DNA of 64,000 nucleotides from Alphaproteobacteria bacterium. Its GTDB lineage: Bacteria > Pseudomonadota > Alphaproteobacteria > SP197. Where the stretch lies: contig OZ219920.1 of the NCBI GenBank assembly GCA_964291415.2, positions 96,001 to 160,000 on the forward strand. Reading direction: 5' to 3'. Each line of letters opens with the position of its first letter. Position 1 is the first letter of the stretch. The notes beneath the pieces were generated by a model. That model saw only the letters and a list, made by a program, of their open reading frames with translations. It was not told where the DNA came from and ran no database searches. A program made the translations under genes and the position numbers. This document shows positions 28,997 to 37,622 of this stretch, piece after piece.

Positions 28997-30106
28997 TCAG
29001 TAGATCACCACGCTGCGGATCGACTTGCCCTCGTGCATCAGGTGGAAGGCGTCGTTGATACCCTCGAGCGGCATGGTGTGGGTGATCATGTCGTCGATGT
29101 TGATCTTCCCGTCCATGTACCAGTCGACAATTCTCGGCACGTCCGTGCGTCCCTTGGCTCCGCCGAAGGCCGTGCCCCGCCAGACCCGGCCGGTCACCAG
29201 CTGGAACGGACGGGTGGAGATTTCGGCACCGGCGGGCGCCACACCGATGATGATGGATTCGCCCCAGCCCTTGTGGGCGCACTCCAGCGCCTGGCGCATG
29301 GTGGTGACATTGCCGATGCACTCGAAACTGTAGTCGGCGCCACCCCTGGTCAGGTTCACGAGCCAGGGAACGAGGTCGCCCTCGACCTCCTTCGGGTTGA
29401 CGAAGTGGGTCATGCCGAACGCCTTGCCGAGCTCTTCGCGCGCCGGATTGATGTCGACACCGACGATCATGTCGGCGCCGACGAGGCGCAGGCCCTGGAT
29501 GACATTGAGGCCGATTCCGCCCAGTCCGAACACCACGCAGTTGCTGCCCGGCTCCACCCTGGCAGTGTTGATGACGGCGCCGATGCCGGTGGTCACACCG
29601 CAGCCGATGTAGCAGATCTTGTCGAAGGGGGCGTCCTCGCGGACCTTGGCGAGGGCGATCTCGGGAACCACCGTGTGGTTCGAGAACGTCGAGGTGCCCA
29701 TGTAGTGGAAGATCTTCTCCCCGCCGATCGAGAACCGGCTGGTGCCGTCCGGCATGACGCCCTGTCCCTGCGTCACCCTGATGGCCTGGCAGAGGTTCGT
29801 CTTGCCCGACGTGCAGTACTCGCATTGCCTGCATTCCGGCGTATAGAGCGGAATGACATGGTCGCCCTTCCTGAGGCCCGAGACACCCGGTCCGACATCG
29901 ACGACGACACCTGCCCCCTCGTGACCGAGAATGGCCGGAAAGATGCCTTCGGGATCGGCGCCCGACAGCGTGAAGGCGTCGGTATGGCAGATGCCGGTTG
30001 CCTTGACCTCGACAAGAACCTCGCCTTCGCGGGGGCCCTCGAGATCAACCTCCTCGATGGTGAGCGGCGCATCCGCCTTGTGGGCAACAGCAGCGCGGGT
30101 CTTCAT
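28997..30106 (-). CDS. frmA: S-(hydroxymethyl)glutathione dehydrogenase / class III alcohol dehydrogenase
   Basis: 'GICHTD..TLSG.DPEG', 'GHEGAG', structural Zn 'C..C..C.......C', 'TRPFQLVTGR.W.GTAFGG'. Confidence 0.97.
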   Translation of the reverse strand: MKTRAAVAHKADAPLTIEEVDLEGPREGEVLVEVKATGICHTDAFTLSGADPEGIFPAILGHEGAGVVVDVGPGVSGLRKGDHVIPLYTPECRQCEYCTSGKTNLCQAIRVTQGQGVMPDGTSRFSIGGEKIFHYMGTSTFSNHTVVPEIALAKVREDAPFDKICYIGCGVTTGIGAVINTARVEPGSNCVVFGLGGIGLNVIQGLRLVGADMIVGVDINPAREELGKAFGMTHFVNPKEVEGDLVPWLVNLTRGGADYSFECIGNVTTMRQALECAHKGWGESIIIGVAPAGAEISTRPFQLVTGRVWRGTAFGGAKGRTDVPRIVDWYMDGKINIDDMITHTMPLEGINDAFHLMHEGKSIRSVVIY

Positions 30107-30199
30107 GGCATCCTCTCGATTGAATTGAACCGGGTCATGGTGGCGGCGTGTCCGGGACAATTCAAGCCGTGGATGCCCGAAAGGGCGCTCCTCAAGGTC

Positions 30200-30925
30200 C
30201 TATGTCGCGAGGACATCCGGCAGGTCCGCGACGCTGTCGATGACGATATCGAACCATGGCTCGAGCTGGTCCCGGGTGGCGGGTCCCGTCAACACGCCGA
30301 TCGCGGCGCCAAAGCCGGCGGCCCGCGCCATTCCCGCATCGGCTGCGGCATCATCGCCGATCATCGCCACTTCGCGAGGGTCCAGTCCGGTTTGCCGGCA
30401 GAATGCCTCGCCCATGCCGGGTCCGGGCTTGCCGCCGAAACCCCCGTCGGAGCCACACACGAAGGCGAGATGATCGCGAATTCCCAGCTGCTGCGCGGCC
30501 AGTTCCGCCAGTTCCGTGTCATCGTTCGTGGCAATGCCGAGGCGGTAGCCGGCCCCGGCCAGACGGTCGAAGAGGGCGGGCATGTCCGCCGTCGCGACCA
30601 GCCCGTCCAGGGAAGTCTCGCGGAAGACCCCGGAGATCAGGTCTTCCAGGTCGGGAGGCGCCGTCTCCGCGAGGATTGTGCTCCAGCACCGGACGATGTC
30701 CCGATTGGTGCCGCTGGCCAGCATGGAATCGGTTTCGAAGACGCCCAGGGACCGGTCGTATCCGGCTTCACGGAGCAGGTGATCGGCGATGTCGGGTTGC
30801 CCGGCTGCCCCGGCGACGCGCGAGGCCGCTTCGCAGAACGCCGGAATCCAGGTCTCGTTGAAGGCGACGAGGGTGCCATCCTTGTCGAAGAGCAGGCCCC
30901 TGATGGCGGTTGCCTGGCCTGTCAT
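30200..30925 (-). CDS. HAD-superfamily hydrolase (phosphatase)
   Basis: 'LFDKDGTL', 'IATND', 'KP.PG', 'MIGD...D'. ATGA-coupled to the upstream kinase. Confidence 0.87.
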   Translation of the reverse strand: MTGQATAIRGLLFDKDGTLVAFNETWIPAFCEAASRVAGAAGQPDIADHLLREAGYDRSLGVFETDSMLASGTNRDIVRCWSTILAETAPPDLEDLISGVFRETSLDGLVATADMPALFDRLAGAGYRLGIATNDDTELAELAAQQLGIRDHLAFVCGSDGGFGGKPGPGMGEAFCRQTGLDPREVAMIGDDAAADAGMARAAGFGAAIGVLTGPATRDQLEPWFDIVIDSVADLPDVLAT

Positions 30926-31770
30926 GATGCCGCCAGACGGTGGCGCCGCCATGCAATCTCGCGGTTCCACATTGCCTCGCCACCGCCGCGCTGGCGGCGC
31001 ACCAGGCACCAGGCAAGGGACACGGCAAGGGCGACACGGATCCAGTCCTCCAGGATCTTGGTCCCGCCCTCCATGCCGGTCGCCGCAAGAAGAACCCGGC
31101 ATTCTTCGCCTGAGAGTCCGGCCTCCGACGCGAAATAGGCCGGATCCCACAGCGGGTGGCAGAGAGCCGCATACTCCCAGTCCAGGAAGGTCACGCCGTC
31201 ACCGTCATCGATGATGTTCGGCGGCACGGGATCGACATGGGAGGCAACCGGCGCGGCGTCCTCGGGGCGGCAGACAGGCCTCAGGGCGTCCACGACGGCC
31301 CACCCGGCGCCGAAGGCGTCCGGGGCTTCGGGCGAGGCGCATCCGGCCTCGTCGAGATAGGTCTCCAGCTTCTCCCAGGGGTTCATCACGCCGGTGAACC
31401 CGGTGGCCTGCCTCAGCGTGCGGAAGGCGCGGCCCAGCCTCCGCAGGACAGGCGTTGCGAAGGGCCGTGCCATGGAATCCAGGGGCTGACCGTCCGCGAA
31501 ACGATAGAGAATCAACCCTGCACCGGGATCGGCCGCCAGGACCTGCGGCGCGACACCCAGCGATGACGCCACCCTCATGTGGCGGCACTCCCGGGAACGG
31601 TCGACGAGGTCCGCGGTCTCGCTTCCGGCCAGACGCAGGACGACATCGTCTCCCGCGATACGCAGACGCACGGCCCGGTTTGCGCTGCCGCAATAGATGT
31701 CGTTGACCAGCAGGTCGCGCGGATCGTGACCGAGATGTTCGAGGGCACGGGCGATCTCCGGATGTGTCAT
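30922..31770 (-). CDS. Choline/ethanolamine-kinase-like phosphotransferase
   Basis: 'VLRL.G......VDR..E', Brenner-type 'SHVDPVPPNI', 'FLDWEYA....P.WD'. Confidence 0.8.
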   Translation of the reverse strand: MTHPEIARALEHLGHDPRDLLVNDIYCGSANRAVRLRIAGDDVVLRLAGSETADLVDRSRECRHMRVASSLGVAPQVLAADPGAGLILYRFADGQPLDSMARPFATPVLRRLGRAFRTLRQATGFTGVMNPWEKLETYLDEAGCASPEAPDAFGAGWAVVDALRPVCRPEDAAPVASHVDPVPPNIIDDGDGVTFLDWEYAALCHPLWDPAYFASEAGLSGEECRVLLAATGMEGGTKILEDWIRVALAVSLAWCLVRRQRGGGEAMWNREIAWRRHRLAAS

Positions 31771-31818
31771 GACAGCGCACCTTGCCGCCGGGCGCGGTGA
31801 CTGGCAAGACTGCCGGTC

Positions 31819-32409
31819 ATGGTCGAGAGCCTCGCCTCCCTGCTGGAGGAAATCCGCGCCTGCTCGGTGTGTGCCGGAGTCCTTCCCTGCGGCCCGCGGC
31901 CCGTCGTCAGGGCCGGATCAGGCGCGCGCTTGCTGATCATCGGACAGGCTCCGGGCACCCGTGTCCATGCCAGCGGCATTCCCTGGGACGATGCCAGCGG
32001 TGATCGTCTGAGAGAGTGGATGGCGGTCGACAGGACCGTCTTCTACGACACCCGGCACATTGCCATCATGCCCATGGGCTTCTGCTATCCCGGCAGGGAC
32101 AGGAATGGCGGCGACCGGCCACCGCGCCCGGAGTGCGCCCCCTTGTGGCATGAACGGGTCCTCGCCCACCTGCCGGCGGTTGAACTCACCCTGCTGGTTG
32201 GACGCTACGCCCAGGCGCACTACCTGCCGCTGGAAGGGCGAACGTCCATGACCGAAATCGTGGCGTCATGGCGCGACCACCTGCCGTCATGTCTTCCCCT
32301 GCCTCATCCTTCGTGGCGCAACACGGCGTGGCTGCGGCGCCATCCCTGGTTTGACAGGGACGTGCTTCCCGAACTCCGCCGGCGCACAGCCGAATTGACG
32401 GGACTCTGA
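31819..32409 (+). CDS. Uracil-DNA glycosylase superfamily protein
   Basis: 'IIGQAPG..VH.SG.PW.D.SG.RLR.W', 'MGFCYPG', 'D.PPR.EC', 'PHPSWRN'. Confidence 0.88.
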   Translation: MVESLASLLEEIRACSVCAGVLPCGPRPVVRAGSGARLLIIGQAPGTRVHASGIPWDDASGDRLREWMAVDRTVFYDTRHIAIMPMGFCYPGRDRNGGDRPPRPECAPLWHERVLAHLPAVELTLLVGRYAQAHYLPLEGRTSMTEIVASWRDHLPSCLPLPHPSWRNTAWLRRHPWFDRDVLPELRRRTAELTGL

Positions 32410-32652
32410 CCCCCTTGCCGCGCCCTCAGGAGCTATGTTCAAGGGAGAAGGGGTGCTGAGCCCCGGTAATGTGTTCTTGTGCAAGAAGCTGTCGATGACG
32501 ATGCGGTCCATCACGGTTCGGTCCTGGGAGTCGCTCCTGGGCCGGGTCTGGCATCGGGCCTCCCCCCTGGCGAATCTCGTCCGGAGTTCTTCATCGCAGA
32601 GCGCCAAACCGGATTGCACCTCCGGCACCATGATCGATTCCTTGCTGGCCGC

Positions 32653-32985
32653 CTATGCGAGGATTGCGGCGAGGCGGGCGAGCACGTCGTCCATGATCTG
32701 CTCCGGAACAGCCTCAAGGCGTTTCCCCTTCCGGGCGGCAAGATCGAGGACTCGCGGCTGGTCGCAGCGGATCACGCCGACCGTTCGGGTGCCCGCCCCA
32801 TCGAGCGAAACGGCGAAACCGCGCCGGCGCGCGAAGTTTCCACCGGTCGTGATCGGAAGGACTATCGGTGTCCGGGTCGCCTGGTTGAACGGTGCCGGAG
32901 ATACGATGACAACCGGCCGGGTTCCCCGTTGTTCGTGACCGGCCTCAGGATCGAGGCTGACGAGCCAGATTTCGCCCCGCTGCAT
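32653..32985 (-). CDS. pemK: PemK/MazF-family toxin (endoribonuclease)
   Basis: 'RGEIWLVSLDP..GHEQ.G.RPV.IVSP..FN', 'PITTGGNFAR..GF', 'CDQPR.LD'; overlaps the antitoxin stop by 1 nt. Confidence 0.92.
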   Translation of the reverse strand: MQRGEIWLVSLDPEAGHEQRGTRPVVIVSPAPFNQATRTPIVLPITTGGNFARRRGFAVSLDGAGTRTVGVIRCDQPRVLDLAARKGKRLEAVPEQIMDDVLARLAAILA

Positions 32986-33242
32986 TACAACAGTTCGCGA
33001 CCCACGGGGGCGGAGTCGAGCCATGCGCGATCTTCGTCGTCGTCCGGGGCGCTGTCGTCGCACTGCGCGAGGAGTTCCTCAAGCGAGTAGCTTGGACGGA
33101 TCCTGGGCGCAACAACAAGGCGGCCATCCTCGACGCCGATATTCACCTTGGCGCCCACTCCGAGGTTCAGGACATCGAGCAGTGCCGGAGGCACGGCGAG
33201 CATGACTGAACCGCCGACCTTTCGCAGGTTTGTGGTGTGCAT
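32985..33242 (-). CDS. pemI: PemI/MazE (AbrB-fold) antitoxin
   Basis: 'MHTTNLRKVGGSVMLAVPPALL', 'YSLEELLAQCD', 'W.DS.PVG.E.L'. Confidence 0.92.
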   Translation of the reverse strand: MHTTNLRKVGGSVMLAVPPALLDVLNLGVGAKVNIGVEDGRLVVAPRIRPSYSLEELLAQCDDSAPDDDEDRAWLDSAPVGRELL

Positions 33243-33255
33243 CGATGTTTCCCAA

Positions 33256-33295
33256 GTTATACTTGAGTATAACCTCGGTGACGTCACGTCGACAA
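33256..33295 (-). promoter_or_regulatory. sigma70-type promoter and palindromic TA operator of pemIK
   Basis: Minus strand TTGTCG-N18-TATACT; perfect inverted repeat GTTATACT-tg-AGTATAAC (33256-33273) overlaps the -10 box. Confidence 0.75.
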
Positions 33296-33397
33296 GCGCC
33301 TTGCCGTCTCCGGTGACGTGAGCATCCGTGCGTCAGGCGGGAGTACCGCGTCCCCGCGGGGCACATAGCTCCATGCAACGCCCCCTTTATCGGGGTC

Positions 33398-34036
33398 TCA
33401 CGTCAGGAGTTTGCCCAGAGCGTAAAGTCCAAAGACAAGGATGATCAGGCCGGACCCGGCATTGAGCCAGGCGAGTCCCTTGCCGGTGAAACTGGACCGC
33501 ATCCGTGCACTGATTGTGGCGAGGGTGAGCCACCAGGCCAAAGCACCGACCAGGATGCCGGAGATCACCACCCAGGAGTCGATGAGGCCGTCGATTGCGT
33601 CCAGCACGTGGATGGCGGCGAACAGGGAGATAAAGGCGATGAAGGTAATCGGGTTGAAGAGAGTGACCGCAAAGGCGGTGGCGAAGGCATGCACCGGCGT
33701 CTCGCCGCCGGTTGCGGGCGCACAGGCGACCGTCGTGTGCGAAAGGAGGGTCCTGGACTTCCACATGGCATGACTGCCCAGAACCACCAGAATGACGCCG
33801 CCGAGGCCCTGGATGACCATGCGGTTCTCGGTGAGGAACGCTTCGACGGCACCGACCGAGAGGACGGCGAGAGCCCCGAACACGGTGTCGGCCAGCGTTG
33901 CTCCCAGTCCGGTGGCGTACCCGGTGGGCCTGCCGTGGAGCAGTGTCCTCTGGATGCACAGGACAGCAACCGGTCCGACGGGAGCGGCGACGAGGAACCC
34001 CACGATCACGCCGGTCGCAAGGAGCTGGATGTCCAT
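33398..34036 (-). CDS. LysE-family translocator
   Basis: 'AAPVGPV..LCIQRTL..G...G...GLGA..AD', 'TL.NP.T', hydrophobic. Confidence 0.87.
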   Translation of the reverse strand: MDIQLLATGVIVGFLVAAPVGPVAVLCIQRTLLHGRPTGYATGLGATLADTVFGALAVLSVGAVEAFLTENRMVIQGLGGVILVVLGSHAMWKSRTLLSHTTVACAPATGGETPVHAFATAFAVTLFNPITFIAFISLFAAIHVLDAIDGLIDSWVVISGILVGALAWWLTLATISARMRSSFTGKGLAWLNAGSGLIILVFGLYALGKLLT

Positions 34037-34042
34037 GATCGG

Positions 34043-35422
34043 TCAGGTAAAGGGCTTGACGTCGCGCAGCGACACGACGCGGAACCGCCAGGCGAGAAGG
34101 AGCGTGGCGAGTGCGATGCCTCCCACAATCCCCCACATGAGTCCCGGAACGCCCCATTCGAGGTGATGGCCGAGGAACCATGCCAGGGGAAGCATGACTC
34201 CCCAGAACGACATCAAGCCGAGCCAGGTGGCGGGCCAGACATCCGCGGCACCTCTGAGTGCCCCGACCAGCACGGCCTGCAGGCCATCAAAGGCGATGAG
34301 AAAGGCGGCCACGAAGAGGCCGGTGAGCATGATCGCGATGATCACGGGGTCTTCCGTGTAGATGGCCGCCAGGGATTCGGGCACGAGGGCGACGATGGCC
34401 GCCAGCGGCAGCATGAGAAGGAAGATCAGGCCGGTTCCCACCCATCCGGCCGTCGCCATGGCCTCCCTGTCACGCCGGCCTACGGCATTGCCGACGCGGA
34501 CCGCGGTGGCCGTCGACATGCCGATGGCCACCATGAAGCAGAAGGCGTTGACGTTCATGGCTGCCTGGAAGGCCGCCACCTGGGGCGCGCCGAGATGGCC
34601 GGCCATCATGGTGACAAACATGAAGGAGGAGGTCTCGAAGGCATAGGAGAGACCCATGGGTGCGCCGAGGCGCAGGAACCGCCGCTCCAGCTGGCCGAAA
34701 CGGCGCAGTGGCCGGAAGAGGCCGTAGGCATGCTTGTCGGTCATCGACAGGATGTAGATGAGAATGCAGCCCAACATCAGCCAGCGTGTGAGGCTCGTGG
34801 CCAGAACCGCACCGGATGCGCCGCCTGTCTCGAAACCGAGGTTGCCGTAGATCAGCACCCAGTTGAGGACGATGTTGGCGAAGTTGGCGATGATCATGAC
34901 GACCATGCCCGGCTTGGTGCGGCCGATTCCCTCGAGAAACATGGAGCACGAGGTGAAGAGGAATACGCCAGGCATGCCCCAGGCGTACATGGCCATGACC
35001 TCCCCGCCGCCCCGCGCCAGGTCCGCCTCCTGACCGAAGAGCCACAGGATGGCCTCCCCGTTGAAGAGGAAGACGGCCCAGATGAGTCCCAGGACTGCCC
35101 CGTTGACCATGGCCGTCCACAGGATGTTGCCGCAATCCTCGCGGCGTCCGGCACCGTCTGCCTGGGCCACCAGAATGACGCACCCGGCCAGCAGGCCGAA
35201 ACCGATCACCATCATGGTGATGTGTGGGGCAAAGCCGATGGCGAGATAGGCCAGTTCGTTGCCGCCGGCGCGTCCCGTCATGATGGTGTCCACCGTCATC
35301 ATGAGCAGCATGCCGCAGCGCATGATGATCACCGGCACCCCGAGTTTCAGGGTGCGGACGACATGGTCGGCGATGCTCTGTGGCGGTGGTCCCAGCGACA
35401 CCCGGGAAGAAGATGATGCCAT
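34043..35422 (-). CDS. MATE-family efflux transporter (NorM-like)
   Basis: 'VDTIM.GR', 'N.VLNW.LIYG', 'LG.P.G....FE', 'VRVGNA.G', 'D.LQ....GALRG'; about 12 TM segments. Confidence 0.9.
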   Translation of the reverse strand: MASSSSRVSLGPPPQSIADHVVRTLKLGVPVIIMRCGMLLMMTVDTIMTGRAGGNELAYLAIGFAPHITMMVIGFGLLAGCVILVAQADGAGRREDCGNILWTAMVNGAVLGLIWAVFLFNGEAILWLFGQEADLARGGGEVMAMYAWGMPGVFLFTSCSMFLEGIGRTKPGMVVMIIANFANIVLNWVLIYGNLGFETGGASGAVLATSLTRWLMLGCILIYILSMTDKHAYGLFRPLRRFGQLERRFLRLGAPMGLSYAFETSSFMFVTMMAGHLGAPQVAAFQAAMNVNAFCFMVAIGMSTATAVRVGNAVGRRDREAMATAGWVGTGLIFLLMLPLAAIVALVPESLAAIYTEDPVIIAIMLTGLFVAAFLIAFDGLQAVLVGALRGAADVWPATWLGLMSFWGVMLPLAWFLGHHLEWGVPGLMWGIVGGIALATLLLAWRFRVVSLRDVKPFT

Positions 35423-35706
35423 GAATGACGTTCCGACGACGATGCCCGACGATGATACGCGGAGCATGCGCCGGCGTGGTGATGAACGGCAGTCCGGCGC
35501 GGCGCCGTCCCCGTCACAAGATGGTGCAGCCGTCTCCGACTGTCAAAGAACCGCCGGTGTCCGCAGGGACAGGGACTGACTGTCCAGCGAGGTCCCTATC
35601 CTCCACGTCCTTTTGGCTGAGCGGAACGGATCACCGGCGACTGTGTGGCACGGGCAGGGCAGGGGCCATAGACTCTCTCCTGCAGCCGACCAACTTCGGA
35701 GATGTC

Positions 35707-36732
35707 ATGTCCGTCTACGCAACCGGTATCACGACCGACGTCGACCTTGCACGTCCCGGCAAGCGGACGGGGCGCCTTCACCTGCCTCACTCTGTCACGC
35801 GATCGGCCTACGGCGTCATTCCGGTTCCCGTTGCCGTGATATCCGGTGGCGAGGGACCCACGGTCCTGATGATGGCCGGCAATCACGGTGACGAGTACGA
35901 AGGACAGATCGCGCTTGGCAACCTGATCCGGACGATGGATGCGGAGGATGTCAGGGGACGCCTCATCGTTCTTCCGTCAGTCAACCTGCCGGCCGCACGC
36001 AGCGGGGTCAGGGTCTCGCCCCTCGATGGCGGCAACCTCAACAGGACCTTTCCGCCCCGGCCCGAATTGGGACCCACCCACGAGATCGCGGCCTATCTCG
36101 AGGATGTCCTGATGCCGATGGCGGACGTGTTCGTGGACCTCCATTCAGGAGGAGCATCGCTTTCGTACCTTCCTTTCGTCGCCACCTCCCTCGGCGGTGA
36201 CGTGGAGAGGGACCGGCGGGCGTTGCGGTTGATGCGCGCCTTCGGTGGGCCCTATGGCCAGATCTGGCATGCCGGGGAGGGATCGCGGACTGCATCGGGC
36301 GCCGCTGTCCGTCACGGGTGCATCGACATCGGCGGCGAGTTCGGAGGATCGGGAGTGGTCGATCCGGATCACCTGCGTCTGGTGGAGTGCGGCATCCGCA
36401 ACCTGCTCGCCGAGATCGGAGTTCTTTCTTCTCACGATGGAGGAACCACGCCTGACATGCGGTTGATGACGAGCGATCCACCGGACCTCTATGCCTTTGC
36501 ACCCGATTACGGCGTGTTCGTTCCCGAGGTGCGGCTGGGGGATGAGGTCGACGCAGGCGCCCCTGTCGGCAGCATCCACAACCTCGAGCATCCGGAACGC
36601 GAACCACAGCAGGTCCGGTTCCGGGCGCCTGGCCTGGTCATCTGCCTGCGGGCCATCGGCCGGGTCGAACCGGGAGACTGCCTTGCCCACCAGGCCATCG
36701 ACATCGAACTGCCGGAATCCCTGGTGAAGTGA
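35707..36732 (+). CDS. Succinylglutamate desuccinylase/aspartoacylase family (DoeB-like deacylase)
   Basis: 'GNHGDEYEG', 'R.SP.DGGNLNR.FP', 'DLHSGG', 'E.GG.G'. Confidence 0.88.
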   Translation: MSVYATGITTDVDLARPGKRTGRLHLPHSVTRSAYGVIPVPVAVISGGEGPTVLMMAGNHGDEYEGQIALGNLIRTMDAEDVRGRLIVLPSVNLPAARSGVRVSPLDGGNLNRTFPPRPELGPTHEIAAYLEDVLMPMADVFVDLHSGGASLSYLPFVATSLGGDVERDRRALRLMRAFGGPYGQIWHAGEGSRTASGAAVRHGCIDIGGEFGGSGVVDPDHLRLVECGIRNLLAEIGVLSSHDGGTTPDMRLMTSDPPDLYAFAPDYGVFVPEVRLGDEVDAGAPVGSIHNLEHPEREPQQVRFRAPGLVICLRAIGRVEPGDCLAHQAIDIELPESLVK

Positions 36733-36780
36733 ACCGGCTTCGGGTTGACTGTCGTCCCCAGAGTTACCGGAGGAAGGAAC

Positions 36781-37563
36781 GTGCGGGAGAACGCGATCCG
36801 CCGCATGTGGGGTGAAGGACGTACGGTGGTCAACGGCTGGCTGGCGACGCCCTGTGCCGCCGCCGCCGAAGGAATGGCGCACCAGGGCTGGGACAGCATC
36901 ACCCTCGATTTGCAGCACGGACTGATCGACTACCCGTCAGCCGTTCACCAGCTGCGGGCGATTTCCACCACGGCGGTCGTTCCCCTGGCGCGGGTTCCAT
37001 GGAACGAACCCGGCATCATCATGAAACTGCTCGATGCCGGAGCCTACGGCATCATCTGCCCGATGATCGACGATGGCGAGCAGGCGAGCGCCTTCGTCGG
37101 CGCCTGCCGCTATGCCCCGTCAGGCTACCGCAGCGTCGGTCCTCTGCGTGCTGCTCTCTATGGCGGCGCCGACTACGTGCGCCACGCCAACGACACGGTG
37201 CTCGCCATCGCCATGATCGAGACGAGGCGCGCCGTGGCCAACCTTGATGCCATCCTGGCGACTCCCGAACTCGACGGAATCTACGTCGGTCCGTCGGATC
37301 TGTCGGTCAGCATGGGTCACGCCGCGGGTTTCGATCCGGACTCGTCCGACGTCCTGGCGGCCATCGCGCGGATTGCCGAAGCGGCGGACAGGCACGCCGT
37401 TCCGGCCGGAATTCACGTTGGTTCGGTGGCCTATGGTCTCCGGATGATGGAACTGGGCTATCGATTCATCACCATCCTCAGCGAATACCGTCTGATGACC
37501 TGGGCTGCCGGCAACGCCGTCGCAGCCCTCAGGAACGGCCAACCGGACCCTTCAGCACCCTGA
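36781..37563 (+). CDS. HpcH/HpaI aldolase family protein
   Basis: 'DLQHG', 'ARVPWN', 'LDAGAYGIICPM', 'MIET', 'YVGPSDLS'; GTG start after GGAGG. Confidence 0.9.
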   Translation: MRENAIRRMWGEGRTVVNGWLATPCAAAAEGMAHQGWDSITLDLQHGLIDYPSAVHQLRAISTTAVVPLARVPWNEPGIIMKLLDAGAYGIICPMIDDGEQASAFVGACRYAPSGYRSVGPLRAALYGGADYVRHANDTVLAIAMIETRRAVANLDAILATPELDGIYVGPSDLSVSMGHAAGFDPDSSDVLAAIARIAEAADRHAVPAGIHVGSVAYGLRMMELGYRFITILSEYRLMTWAAGNAVAALRNGQPDPSAP

Positions 37564-37622
37564 GATTCCGACCGGTCGCGATTGCCGAGCAGCCGGTTGA
37601 CCCTGGTCGAGCGGACGGCGGG

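Noticed and set aside
32410-32650. ORF fragment downstream of pemK (MVPEVQSGL...)
   Set aside because: No recognisable family, and it runs into the convergent UDG gene; possibly a relic but unsupported.
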